DNA from: a virus
Lineage: Duplodnaviria; Caudoviricetes
Strand: one strand, 5' to 3'
Virus record (IMG/VR): IMGVR_UViG_3300005837_000615
Coordinates: 1-24,767 of that record
Length of the DNA: 24,767 nt
This document shows positions 1 through 8,088 of the stretch, piece by piece; the first letter of the stretch is position 1, and every line of letters begins with the position of its first letter. The notes under the pieces were generated by a model. It made no database searches. It was not told where the DNA came from and was given only the letters and a program-made list of their open reading frames with translations. A program made the translations under genes and the position numbers.

Positions 1-1
1 C

Positions 2-43
2 ATATTGTCAAGAGTTCTGAAAGAACACTGGGTGAATGTTTAA
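2..43 (+). CDS. Probable 3' end of an upstream gene, truncated by the window edge
   Basis: Frame 2 reads ILSRVLKEHWVNV* with TAA at 41-43, overlapping the terminase ATG at 36 as expected for a coupled gene. Too short to identify, and the frame choice is uncertain. Confidence 0.3.
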   Translation: MLSRVLKEHWVNV

Positions 44-1988
44 GAACAGCGAAAAATACTCACCCGCTGCAAACCATTACCTAGAGTATGGGTTTTACAC
101 TGATGCTATACCAGGCACTAGAGAATACTACGACTACTGGGACGAACAAAAGGAAAGATGCTTACAGGGACATCTAGACATTACAGGATACCACTACTTT
201 TATCTAAATTTCTGCCCTATCGACCGAGTCGTAGACGACTTCCTGGCAGATGGTACCAAGATCGCCCGAAGAGACAGAACATTTCCTGCCTTCTACGACG
301 GAGACCACCACTACTTCACTGCGGTAGACGAAGCCAGAAAAACAAACAGACACCTAGTCGTACTAAAAGCTAGACGTAAGGGCTTCTCGTATAAGGCTGG
401 TGCAATGCTAGCTAGGAACTACTTCTTAATGCGTAACTCTAAGAACTACGTATTCGCATCACAGAAAGAATACCTCATCGGGGACGGTCTGCTCTCCAAA
501 GCATGGGACTTTTTATCCTTCATCGATGACAATACAGCGTGGACACAGCCAAGACTGCGTGACAGAGAGATGCATAAGCAGTCAGGGTACAAAAAGAACG
601 TAAACGGAGCAGATGTAGAGCTTGGTATGAAATCACAAATCATTGGGGTATCTCTGAAAGACAACCCAGACAAGGTTCGTGGTAAAGCAGGTGATCTGAT
701 TTTCTTTGAGGAAGCAGGCTCGTTCGGGGGACTACTGAAAGCCTGGGAAGTAGCCATGCCTACAATGCGTCAAGGCTCCAAAACACTTGGAACCATGATA
801 GCATTCGGTACAGGTGGTGAGGAAGGTAGCGGATTTGAGGGTATGGAAGAATTGTTCTACCACCCTGACTCCTATGACTGCATAGCATTTGACAACACGT
901 GGGATGCAGGAGCTATGGGCACACAATGCGGATACTTTGTACCTATACAACAAAACCTAGATGGGTTCATAGACGACGATGGGAACTCACTGGTAGAAGA
1001 AGCAAAGAAACATGAGGAAATACAGAGGGAGAAGAAGAAGGGGGCAAATGACCCAAAGGCACTTGACCAGTACGTCGCGGAGCACCCGTTCACACCGCAG
1101 GAAGCAACTCTACAAGTTACCTCCAACCTCTTTGATGTTAATTCTCTTAAAGAGCAGTATAACAAGATTAAGGTTCACGGGCTTGACTCCGAGGGAACAG
1201 CTGGGGTAATGTACTACGACAAGAATGGGAAGAGTTCATTCCGCCCATCAACAGATGTAAGCGCTATACACAAGTTCCCACACAGGAAAGGTGACAAAAT
1301 AGATGGGGCTATCGTTTTATATGAATCTCCGTATACAACAAAGGAGGGAGAAGTCCCACATAATTTGTATATTATATGCCATGACCCATATGCGCAGTCT
1401 AAATCGACAAGCAATGAGTCACTTGGAGCAGCATACGTAATCAAACGACCGAATAACCTATCCAAACCGGATGATATAATTGTAGCAAGCTATGTTGGAA
1501 GACCTACGACACAAGATGAATACAACCGGAATCTATTTATGCTGGCGGAATACTACAACGCCAAAATCGGGTTCGAGAACGACCGCGGAGAGCTTATTGC
1601 TTACGCGAAGAGATATCGTAAGCTACATAAGCTACAGGAGGAATTTGAGATGTTGGATAAGAAAGAACTCAGATCCAGGAATGTGAAGCGTCAGTACGGT
1701 ATGCACATGACCGAGCAACGTAAACGCCAAGGTGAGCTATATATAAGAGACTGGCTAATAACACCAAGGCATACTGACGAAGATGGGAATGTAACTCTCA
1801 ACCTTCACAAGATATATGATGCAGGACTCCTACAGGAGCTAATCAAGTTCAATCACAGAGGGAACTTTGACCGAGTTATGGCTTTTATGGTGGGCATGTA
1901 CCACACGCGAGAGCTATATAATAGAGAGGTGGTAGAAATCCTGGAGGACAGGTCTACCGATGACTGGTTTGATCGTATTTATAAGTAA
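36..1988 (+). CDS. terL: Terminase large subunit, crAss-like (650 aa)
   Basis: Walker A-type VLKARRKGFSY, Walker B LIFFEEAG, coupling motif FGTGG, nuclease acidic motifs ICHDPY, GFEND and NFDRVMA. The N-terminal 'YWDEQKERC..ITGYHYFYLNFCPI' is typical of crAss-like TerL. Directly upstream of the portal gene. Confidence 0.96.
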   Translation: MFKNSEKYSPAANHYLEYGFYTDAIPGTREYYDYWDEQKERCLQGHLDITGYHYFYLNFCPIDRVVDDFLADGTKIARRDRTFPAFYDGDHHYFTAVDEARKTNRHLVVLKARRKGFSYKAGAMLARNYFLMRNSKNYVFASQKEYLIGDGLLSKAWDFLSFIDDNTAWTQPRLRDREMHKQSGYKKNVNGADVELGMKSQIIGVSLKDNPDKVRGKAGDLIFFEEAGSFGGLLKAWEVAMPTMRQGSKTLGTMIAFGTGGEEGSGFEGMEELFYHPDSYDCIAFDNTWDAGAMGTQCGYFVPIQQNLDGFIDDDGNSLVEEAKKHEEIQREKKKGANDPKALDQYVAEHPFTPQEATLQVTSNLFDVNSLKEQYNKIKVHGLDSEGTAGVMYYDKNGKSSFRPSTDVSAIHKFPHRKGDKIDGAIVLYESPYTTKEGEVPHNLYIICHDPYAQSKSTSNESLGAAYVIKRPNNLSKPDDIIVASYVGRPTTQDEYNRNLFMLAEYYNAKIGFENDRGELIAYAKRYRKLHKLQEEFEMLDKKELRSRNVKRQYGMHMTEQRKRQGELYIRDWLITPRHTDEDGNVTLNLHKIYDAGLLQELIKFNHRGNFDRVMAFMVGMYHTRELYNREVVEILEDRSTDDWFDRIYK

Positions 1989-1995
1989 TTTTGCA
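1986..1995 (+). promoter_or_regulatory. Bacteroidota-type -7 promoter element (TAnnTTTG) upstream of the portal gene
   Basis: TAATTTTGCA at 1986-1995 matches the Bacteroidota sigma-A -7 consensus TAnnTTTG. It overlaps the terL stop codon, and the octamer ends 5 nt before ATG 1999. No canonically spaced -33 element is seen. Confidence 0.55.
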
Positions 1996-1998
1996 CGA

Positions 1999-4218
1999 AT
2001 GTATGGGACTCACGATATACCTAAACAGAGGATACCACTTAGTAAGAAGAACAAGAAATGGAGAGAAGGGTGCGTAGACGCATTCATCAACATCTCCAAG
2101 TTTGGTCTATCAGAACGTAGAAGCAGGCTCAAAAGTCTGTACGAATACTACAACGGGACAATAGATGAGACCGATTATAAGTACGTTTTAAAGCCCTACG
2201 GTAAGACGCGTGCTAACTTCCCCTCAAAGCTCCGTAATTATCCCATAATCAAGCCTATTATAGACCTCCTGCTGGGGGAAAAGGCCAAGAGACCACTGAA
2301 CTACACAGTGACTGTGAAGAATGCAGACTCTGTGTCACAAAAAGAAGACGCTAAGAAGCAAGCGCTCTTTGCACAGGTGCAGAAAATGTACCTAAGCAAG
2401 CTTGCAGAGAACGAGGACCTGAATATACCTCAGTCTGAGGAAGAGATACAGCTGCCCCCGCAGATTGCGGAAGAGTTTGACAGAACCTACGTAGACAACA
2501 GAGCTATTACGGGGCAGAAAGCCATCAACTACATTATGCATCAGGAAGAGATGTATGATAAGTTCCAAAGAGGGTTCTTTGACTACTTGGTTACAGGAGA
2601 AGTGTACTCCCACAAAGGGGTGCGAAGGAACGAGCCCTTTTACGAGATACTCAACCCGCTTGATATAGACTACGACAAAGATCCCGACATTGAGTTTGTG
2701 GAGGACGGGGATTGGGCTATCATACGGAAGTTCTCGCACGCATCTACAATCATAGACAACTTTGGGGACTACCTAACACCAGAACAAGTGTTAGAGTTGG
2801 AGAACCCGCAGCACATGTCTACCGAATCGTACCTGCTGTACAGATCAGAAGCTACAGGAGCGGACGACAACATAGCACGTAACAGACTTATCGAGGTCGT
2901 TACAGTATACTGGAAGAGCCGCAAGCGTATTGGGTTTGTTGAGTACATCGATGAGAATACCGGTATGATGGAGATGATGCAGGTGGATGAGGGATTCCGA
3001 ATGCCTGCAGACATGAAGGAGAGAGGCGCCAAAATCAAATACGAGTGGGTAAATGAGGTATGGCAGGGCACAAAGATTGATGGTAGGTTCTACGTCAAAG
3101 TATCCCCCATCTCTAACCAACGGACGTCGTTGGATAACCCATCTATCTGCAAGCTCCCAATCAACGGCAGGAAGTACTCGGACATTAATGCTCAGAACAT
3201 TTCCCTGGTTAGCTTGGGAGTACCGTTCCAGCTTAACTACAACATATTCAAGTACCGTATGGAGCTGGCTATTGCACGCTCTAAGGACATCATAGCACAG
3301 TTCGATATCAATATGATACCCAAGAAGTGGGACATGGATAAGTTCATGTACTTCGTAGAGGGTACTGGTATTGCGTGGGTTGACTACAACAAAGAGGGCA
3401 TACAGCTATCACCCCAGCACCAGTCAGTGCTAGATATGTCGATCAAAACCATTGACCAGTACCTGGGATTGCTTGAGTCCATCATGCAGGAATGGGAAAA
3501 GATATCAGGAGTAAATAGACAACGTCAGGGAAGCATTGGAACTTATGAAGGAAAAGCCACGTCGCAGCAAGCTATTGTTCAGTCCTCGCACATTACAGAA
3601 GATCTTTTCCGCAAATTCTCACGATTTGAGCAGCGTGAACTCCAGGGCCTATTGGATTACTCTAAGGAAGCGTGGATTACGGGCAAGAAAGCAATGTACG
3701 TCATGCCCGACATGAACTCTCAGTTCTTGGAGGTAGATGCATTTGAGCATATGGAAAGCGAGTACGGGGTATTCATATCCGACTCTGGTAGAGATCAAGA
3801 TAAACTTCAGCAGGCTAAAGGGCTTTCTCAGGCTATGATACAGAATGGGGTGCCGGCATCTGCAGTCTTGGATCTGTTTGATACAGAGAACTACGCAGGG
3901 ATTAAGGACAAGATTACCAAAGCTGAAAAGGCTCAGAAAGAACTGGAGCAGCAACAACAGCAAGCTCAGCAACAAGCTCAGATAGAGCAGCAGAAAACTG
4001 CACAGATGAAGATCCAGCAGGATGCCATCGACAAAGAGAAGGATAGACAGTTGGAGATAGAGGTAGCTCTTATCAAAGCAGAAGCCTCAGACGCAGATGG
4101 TAGACTTGACATAGAGATGGAAAAGATGCAGAGACAGTTCGAACTCAAGGAGAGAGAACTGAATCTTAAGCAACAAGCTCTAGACAAAGAGGGTGATCTG
4201 AGACCAGACGGAGCATGA
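1999..4218 (+). CDS. Portal protein, crAss-like (about 739 aa from ATG 1999)
   Basis: Follows TerL. N-terminal 'IPKQRIPLSKKNKKW', 'YPIIKPIIDLLLGE', 'ISGVNRQRQG', and a Q/E/K-rich C-terminal coiled-coil barrel. ATG 1999 is preferred over 1960 because 1960 lies inside terL. Confidence 0.93.
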   Translation: MYGTHDIPKQRIPLSKKNKKWREGCVDAFINISKFGLSERRSRLKSLYEYYNGTIDETDYKYVLKPYGKTRANFPSKLRNYPIIKPIIDLLLGEKAKRPLNYTVTVKNADSVSQKEDAKKQALFAQVQKMYLSKLAENEDLNIPQSEEEIQLPPQIAEEFDRTYVDNRAITGQKAINYIMHQEEMYDKFQRGFFDYLVTGEVYSHKGVRRNEPFYEILNPLDIDYDKDPDIEFVEDGDWAIIRKFSHASTIIDNFGDYLTPEQVLELENPQHMSTESYLLYRSEATGADDNIARNRLIEVVTVYWKSRKRIGFVEYIDENTGMMEMMQVDEGFRMPADMKERGAKIKYEWVNEVWQGTKIDGRFYVKVSPISNQRTSLDNPSICKLPINGRKYSDINAQNISLVSLGVPFQLNYNIFKYRMELAIARSKDIIAQFDINMIPKKWDMDKFMYFVEGTGIAWVDYNKEGIQLSPQHQSVLDMSIKTIDQYLGLLESIMQEWEKISGVNRQRQGSIGTYEGKATSQQAIVQSSHITEDLFRKFSRFEQRELQGLLDYSKEAWITGKKAMYVMPDMNSQFLEVDAFEHMESEYGVFISDSGRDQDKLQQAKGLSQAMIQNGVPASAVLDLFDTENYAGIKDKITKAEKAQKELEQQQQQAQQQAQIEQQKTAQMKIQQDAIDKEKDRQLEIEVALIKAEASDADGRLDIEMEKMQRQFELKERELNLKQQALDKEGDLRPDGA

Positions 4219-5330
4219 ACAACGCAGAACGTAGACAACTACTGAACAGGTTTAAGGGCTCCGGTATGGAGGGCTCTATACTTGACGTATTCAAAGCCTA
4301 CGAACAAGGGCAAGACCTTATAGCGGAACACTATCAACAAAAGAAAGAACAAGAACCTGTAGAGCTGTCCAGCCCGCAGGAACAGAAACAAGGGCTAAGG
4401 CCCTATCACGAAGCCGGGGATTTGGACCGTTCAGCAGTTTTCAAGGACGTGCCTCCTAATACCCCATTCAACACTCACGGGATGAAGGTCCCTATCAACA
4501 TAGAGAAGTATAATGAGCAGGGACATCTAGTAGAATCGCACAAGAGCGTTCCCCCCGGCATTAGTGATATACCCACAGGACCTCATAGAGGTGACGTAAT
4601 AGAGACCCCAGCAAAAGGCTACAGAGATGGGGGAGTAGTTAAATACGCAGAAGGAGGACCGAAGGGAGAACCAGCTGCAGATTTAGAAGGTAGAGAGGAT
4701 AGATTAGCCCTTGCAGCAGCCAATCAACAAAACAGATTTACCAGCCCGGCTACTCAAGAAACGATGAAAGAGGATGACCCAAGAGTAGAGGGATATATCG
4801 AAGATACTTTATTTAAAAACGTCGGCTATAAGGGCGATTCCGTCGATGATCCATGGTCTGCCGCTGCAGTGAGTGATTTAGCAGTAGCTTTTGACCCCGA
4901 GTTTAAGGGCAGTGCAACGCACTCACAGTATATAAACAGGGCATTTAAGCAAGAGGGGAATTACCGTGCTGAAAAAATTACATCGGGGGATGACTCCTTT
5001 GCTGCTGGAGATATTCTATTTCAAGGAAGACGTGACAGAAAAGGAAACCCTATCGGTCCTCAGAATTTTCGTCAGTTTAAAAGAGCAGGTAAAGGAAAAG
5101 GTAAATACGCTGAGGGGTACGGTTCCCACTCCGACATTATAACCAGCACTGGGGTAGACAAGGACGGTAGAAAATACTACAACGTGCAAGGAGGAAATGT
5201 AGGAAACACTTTGAGTACAAAACGCATGTACGCAGAGGATATAGAGAAGTCATACCCTGGTAGACTTACCCAAGGTTCTGGACTCAGAAGCGGGGGAGTG
5301 CGATATAGTAATAAGAGATATAAAAGATAA
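4215..5330 (+). CDS. Modular putative virion or cargo protein: DUF192-like N-terminal region plus DUF2272/CHAP-like putative cell-wall hydrolase domain (371 aa)
   Basis: ATGA overlap with the portal stop. The C-terminal domain has PWSAAAVS, S.THSQYI, GDILF..R, SHSDII and GGNVGN, the motif order of DUF2272 (NlpC/P60-CHAP fold). Domains are bracketed by YRDGG/YAEGG and LRSGG. Confidence 0.65.
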   Translation: MNNAERRQLLNRFKGSGMEGSILDVFKAYEQGQDLIAEHYQQKKEQEPVELSSPQEQKQGLRPYHEAGDLDRSAVFKDVPPNTPFNTHGMKVPINIEKYNEQGHLVESHKSVPPGISDIPTGPHRGDVIETPAKGYRDGGVVKYAEGGPKGEPAADLEGREDRLALAAANQQNRFTSPATQETMKEDDPRVEGYIEDTLFKNVGYKGDSVDDPWSAAAVSDLAVAFDPEFKGSATHSQYINRAFKQEGNYRAEKITSGDDSFAAGDILFQGRRDRKGNPIGPQNFRQFKRAGKGKGKYAEGYGSHSDIITSTGVDKDGRKYYNVQGGNVGNTLSTKRMYAEDIEKSYPGRLTQGSGLRSGGVRYSNKRYKR

Positions 5331-5360
5331 TTATACATACTCAAACCAACACACTTTAAA

Positions 5361-5370
5361 TAAATTTGCA
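5361..5370 (+). promoter_or_regulatory. Bacteroidota-type -7 promoter element upstream of the scaffold-MCP genes
   Basis: TAAATTTGCA matches TAnnTTTG, lies in an AT-rich intergenic spacer, and the octamer ends 4 nt before ATG 5373. Confidence 0.6.
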
Positions 5371-5372
5371 AC

Positions 5373-6461
5373 ATGCAACCAAACGACAAATTAGATTTTA
5401 GCGCCATTTCTTTCGACGATATGTTGGGAGACGGCATAGAAACGGCTCCTCAAGACGTTGAGGAAGTAACACCAGAAGAAGTAGAAATTGTAGACGAAGA
5501 TATCCCAAACCCTGAACAGGGTGATGAAGATCAAGAGGACTACGTAGACGATGACTATGACTATGACAATGATGATGAAGAGAGTACAGTAGAAGATGAA
5601 GTTGAGCTAGAGGATCTACCTATAGCCGACCAAATTTCTACAGTTCTTGGATTGGAACTGGAGTCAGAATATGACGACACTGTAGAGGGACTTACAAACT
5701 TCGTAAGAGACATGTCTCAGGAAGTAGCAGAAGAGCAACTGCAGGGTTTGTTTGAAGAGTTCCCCGAAGTACAACGCCACTTGGACTACGTACTTGCAGG
5801 GGGTGACCCAGAACAGTTCTACGCTACTCACAACCCACAGGCAAACTATGGCAACATTGAAATGTCTCAGGGTGACATTACTCTGCAAAGAGCAATGCTC
5901 GGTGAGTACTTCAAGTCAGCAGGACATCCTGAGGATTTTATTGTAGACGTACTTAACGACTACGAAGAATCTGGAAAGCTCTTCGGCAAAGCACAAGCTG
6001 CTCAGCAACATCTAGCAGCAGCACAAGCTGAAGAGAAAGAGCAGATGTACCAAGCACAGCTTGAACAGCAACAGAAAGCCGAAGCAGAACAAGATGAGTT
6101 CTGGGATGGCGTTGCGGGAGTCATAGAAGAAGGAAATGAATTTGCAGGTATTCGCATACCTGATAACGATAAACAAGAGTTCTTTGATTACATATCTGCA
6201 CCTGTAGATGATCAAGGAAATACTCAAAGAGACTTAGACTACGCAGAGGCGGACATGGACATTAAACTCGCCATCGACTACTTGATGTATAGCGGATTCA
6301 ATCTCTCAGACATTATTGATACGAAAGCTCGTACCAAGAGTGTGGAGAACTTGAGATCTAGAATACAGACAAATGAGGAACGAGTGAAGAGTGCGCGTAA
6401 GGCTCAACGTAGACAGAAAACATTTGATCCAGATCAACTGGACATAAACGCGCTTTTTTAA
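5373..6461 (+). CDS. Acidic capsid assembly or scaffold-like protein, the conserved crAss pre-MCP gene (362 aa)
   Basis: Very D/E-rich N-terminus, helical coiled-coil middle and basic C-terminal tail. Lies directly upstream of MCP, as in crAss-like phages. Confidence 0.75.
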   Translation: MQPNDKLDFSAISFDDMLGDGIETAPQDVEEVTPEEVEIVDEDIPNPEQGDEDQEDYVDDDYDYDNDDEESTVEDEVELEDLPIADQISTVLGLELESEYDDTVEGLTNFVRDMSQEVAEEQLQGLFEEFPEVQRHLDYVLAGGDPEQFYATHNPQANYGNIEMSQGDITLQRAMLGEYFKSAGHPEDFIVDVLNDYEESGKLFGKAQAAQQHLAAAQAEEKEQMYQAQLEQQQKAEAEQDEFWDGVAGVIEEGNEFAGIRIPDNDKQEFFDYISAPVDDQGNTQRDLDYAEADMDIKLAIDYLMYSGFNLSDIIDTKARTKSVENLRSRIQTNEERVKSARKAQRRQKTFDPDQLDINALF

Positions 6462-6492
6462 ACAAGCAATCTAACTTTTAAAATAAACAATC

Positions 6493-7950
6493 ATGGCATT
6501 GACTAATGTACTAAAGACGTACTACAATGACTCGCAGATGACTGACACGAACTCGTTGGTCAATGCGTTGATGGAGAAGCCCGAGGAGCTCTCTCCAATT
6601 ATCACGCACCTCGCAGGTCGTGAAGAGAAGAAGTTCCCACTGTCCTTTATGACAGAGGGAGTTGGTAACACTAAATCTATCGATCGTTTCGAATACGAGT
6701 ACCGGGTGAAGACTCACGAGGTAAACGTTCGTCCGGTTATAGCTGCTAGCGGAACAGGAGCAGGTGGTGCAACGTTCACTATCACTTTCCCAGACCGTTG
6801 GTTTGTATTCCCATACACACTCGTTTCTGAGAGCGGTGTTCTTGCACGTATCATGGAGGAGCCACGTCAAGTGTCTGGCGGATACCAGTACACAATGAAG
6901 TTGGTATCTCCAGATCAAGCTGCTTTGGCTGCTACAGATACTAGTGGTGATCTTTCCCCAGGCTCAATGTGGGGTCAGCTCTATGCTAACGTAGGTATTG
7001 ACTTCTCACGCGGAAACGCTTCTAACTGGAGTGCACCCGGGTTGGTGAGATCTAAGATTGGTACTATCCGTAAGTCATACCAGTTCTCTGGTAATGCTAA
7101 GGACTACGTTGCTCAGTTTGAGCTCCCCTTGAAGGAAGGTTCTTCTACCAAGTTGTGGATGGACTACGAAGAGTATCGTCACATGTTGAAGTTTAAGGAA
7201 GAGTGTGAGATGTACTACTGGTATGGCCAGAAGACTCATGACTCTACCGGTAGAACCAACATGGTGGACGAGAACGGTCAGCCAGTTGTTTCTGGTCCTG
7301 GTTTGTTCGAGCAGATCATCAACAAAGACACTTACTCTACGCTTACACAGCAGAAGATTGAGGACGTCATTGGTGACTTGTTCTACGGTATGACTGACGC
7401 TACTGACAAGCAGGTGACATTGTTTACAGGTATTGGTGGTGCACGTGAATTCGATAAGGCTTTGCGTAACTACTACAGCTCAGGTACGTCATCTACAAGT
7501 GCAGGGTCAACTAGAAACTACTTGAACACGGCAGAGTCTAAGTTCATCACAGGTAGTGGACGTAGCCTTGGAATCACTGGTTACTTCAACTCGTACGATC
7601 ACATTGATGGTCATACAGTGAATGTAGTTAAGGTTCCATTGTTTGACCATGGTCCTGTTGCTCAGGCTTCTCGTAAGCACCCTGACACTGGATTGCCTCT
7701 CGAGTCGTACAGAATGACCTTCGTTGATCAGTCTACCTATGACGGAGAGAACAACCTCCAGATGATCAATAAGAAGGGTCGTGAGATGTTGCGTTGGGCT
7801 GTTGCTGGTTCTGTTGTGCCTAAGGGCTTCACAGGGTCTGACACCCGCGCTAGTGATATAGACGGTGCTTCTGTGCACATGTTGAAGACAGCTGGTATCC
7901 TGCTCCGCAGATTCGATACTTCGCTTGATTTGACTTGCACTGCATCGTAA
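6493..7950 (+). CDS. Major capsid protein, crAss-like HK97 fold (485 aa)
   Basis: Motifs 'FPLSFMTEG', 'TIRKSYQFSGN', 'LWMDYEE', 'GPGLFEQI', 'TGIGGAREF', 'DGHTVNVVKVPLFDHG', 'HPDTGLPLESY'. Size and position match crAss MCP, and codon choice is visibly biased as for a highly expressed gene. Confidence 0.94.
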   Translation: MALTNVLKTYYNDSQMTDTNSLVNALMEKPEELSPIITHLAGREEKKFPLSFMTEGVGNTKSIDRFEYEYRVKTHEVNVRPVIAASGTGAGGATFTITFPDRWFVFPYTLVSESGVLARIMEEPRQVSGGYQYTMKLVSPDQAALAATDTSGDLSPGSMWGQLYANVGIDFSRGNASNWSAPGLVRSKIGTIRKSYQFSGNAKDYVAQFELPLKEGSSTKLWMDYEEYRHMLKFKEECEMYYWYGQKTHDSTGRTNMVDENGQPVVSGPGLFEQIINKDTYSTLTQQKIEDVIGDLFYGMTDATDKQVTLFTGIGGAREFDKALRNYYSSGTSSTSAGSTRNYLNTAESKFITGSGRSLGITGYFNSYDHIDGHTVNVVKVPLFDHGPVAQASRKHPDTGLPLESYRMTFVDQSTYDGENNLQMINKKGREMLRWAVAGSVVPKGFTGSDTRASDIDGASVHMLKTAGILLRRFDTSLDLTCTAS

Positions 7951-7954
7951 TTTG

Positions 7955-8026
7955 TGTTTGGTTTGCATAGGGGGGATTGGTTAAACTTTCCCCCCGCTTG
8001 CAACCACTACACTACTAAACCAAACA
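7955..8026 (+). terminator. Nested stem-loop after MCP (terminator, mRNA stabiliser or attenuator)
   Basis: Inner stem GGGGGGA (7970-7976) pairs with TCCCCCC (7989-7995). TTGCA (7963-7967) pairs with TGCAA (7999-8003). Outer TGTTTGGTTT (7955-7964) pairs with AAACCAAACA (8017-8026). No U-tract follows the GC stem. Confidence 0.6.
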
Positions 8027-8029
8027 TTA

Positions 8030-8088
8030 AGTTATTCTTTGACTATAAAAGAACAGCTTAGTTATTCTTTCTAAACTTTAAAAGAACA
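8030..8088 (+). repeat. Tandem imperfect direct repeat AGTTATTCTTT-N6/N9-AAAAGAACA, each copy a hairpin
   Basis: Copy 1 spans 8030-8055 and copy 2 spans 8060-8088. TTCTTT pairs with AAAGAA in each copy. The last A of copy 2 is the A of ATG 8088. Confidence 0.85.

Noticed and set aside
3940-4000. CAG/CAA-rich short repeats in the portal gene
   Set aside because: They encode the Gln-rich coiled-coil barrel normal for portal C-termini and are not an array.
1913-5311. Similar words GCTATATAATAG (1913-1924) and GCGATATAGTAA (5300-5311) upstream of the two -7 motifs
   Set aside because: Spacing to the -7 element differs (73 versus 61 nt), both lie in coding sequence, and a similar word occurs near 1736. 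Too weak to call without comparative data.
6453-6495. Possible frameshift at CTT TTT TAA fusing scaffold to MCP
   Set aside because: The +1 (MCP) frame meets TAA at 6472-6474 and the -1 frame also stops before MCP, so no fusion is possible.
36-7950. Introns or inteins in terL, portal or MCP, which are frequent in crAss-like phages
   Set aside because: The ORFs are continuous and of ordinary length, with no intein splice motifs or homing endonuclease signatures seen.
8030-8088. Mini-CRISPR interpretation of the tandem repeat
   Set aside because: Only two units, with 4 nt between them, no spacer-length unique sequence and no cas genes.
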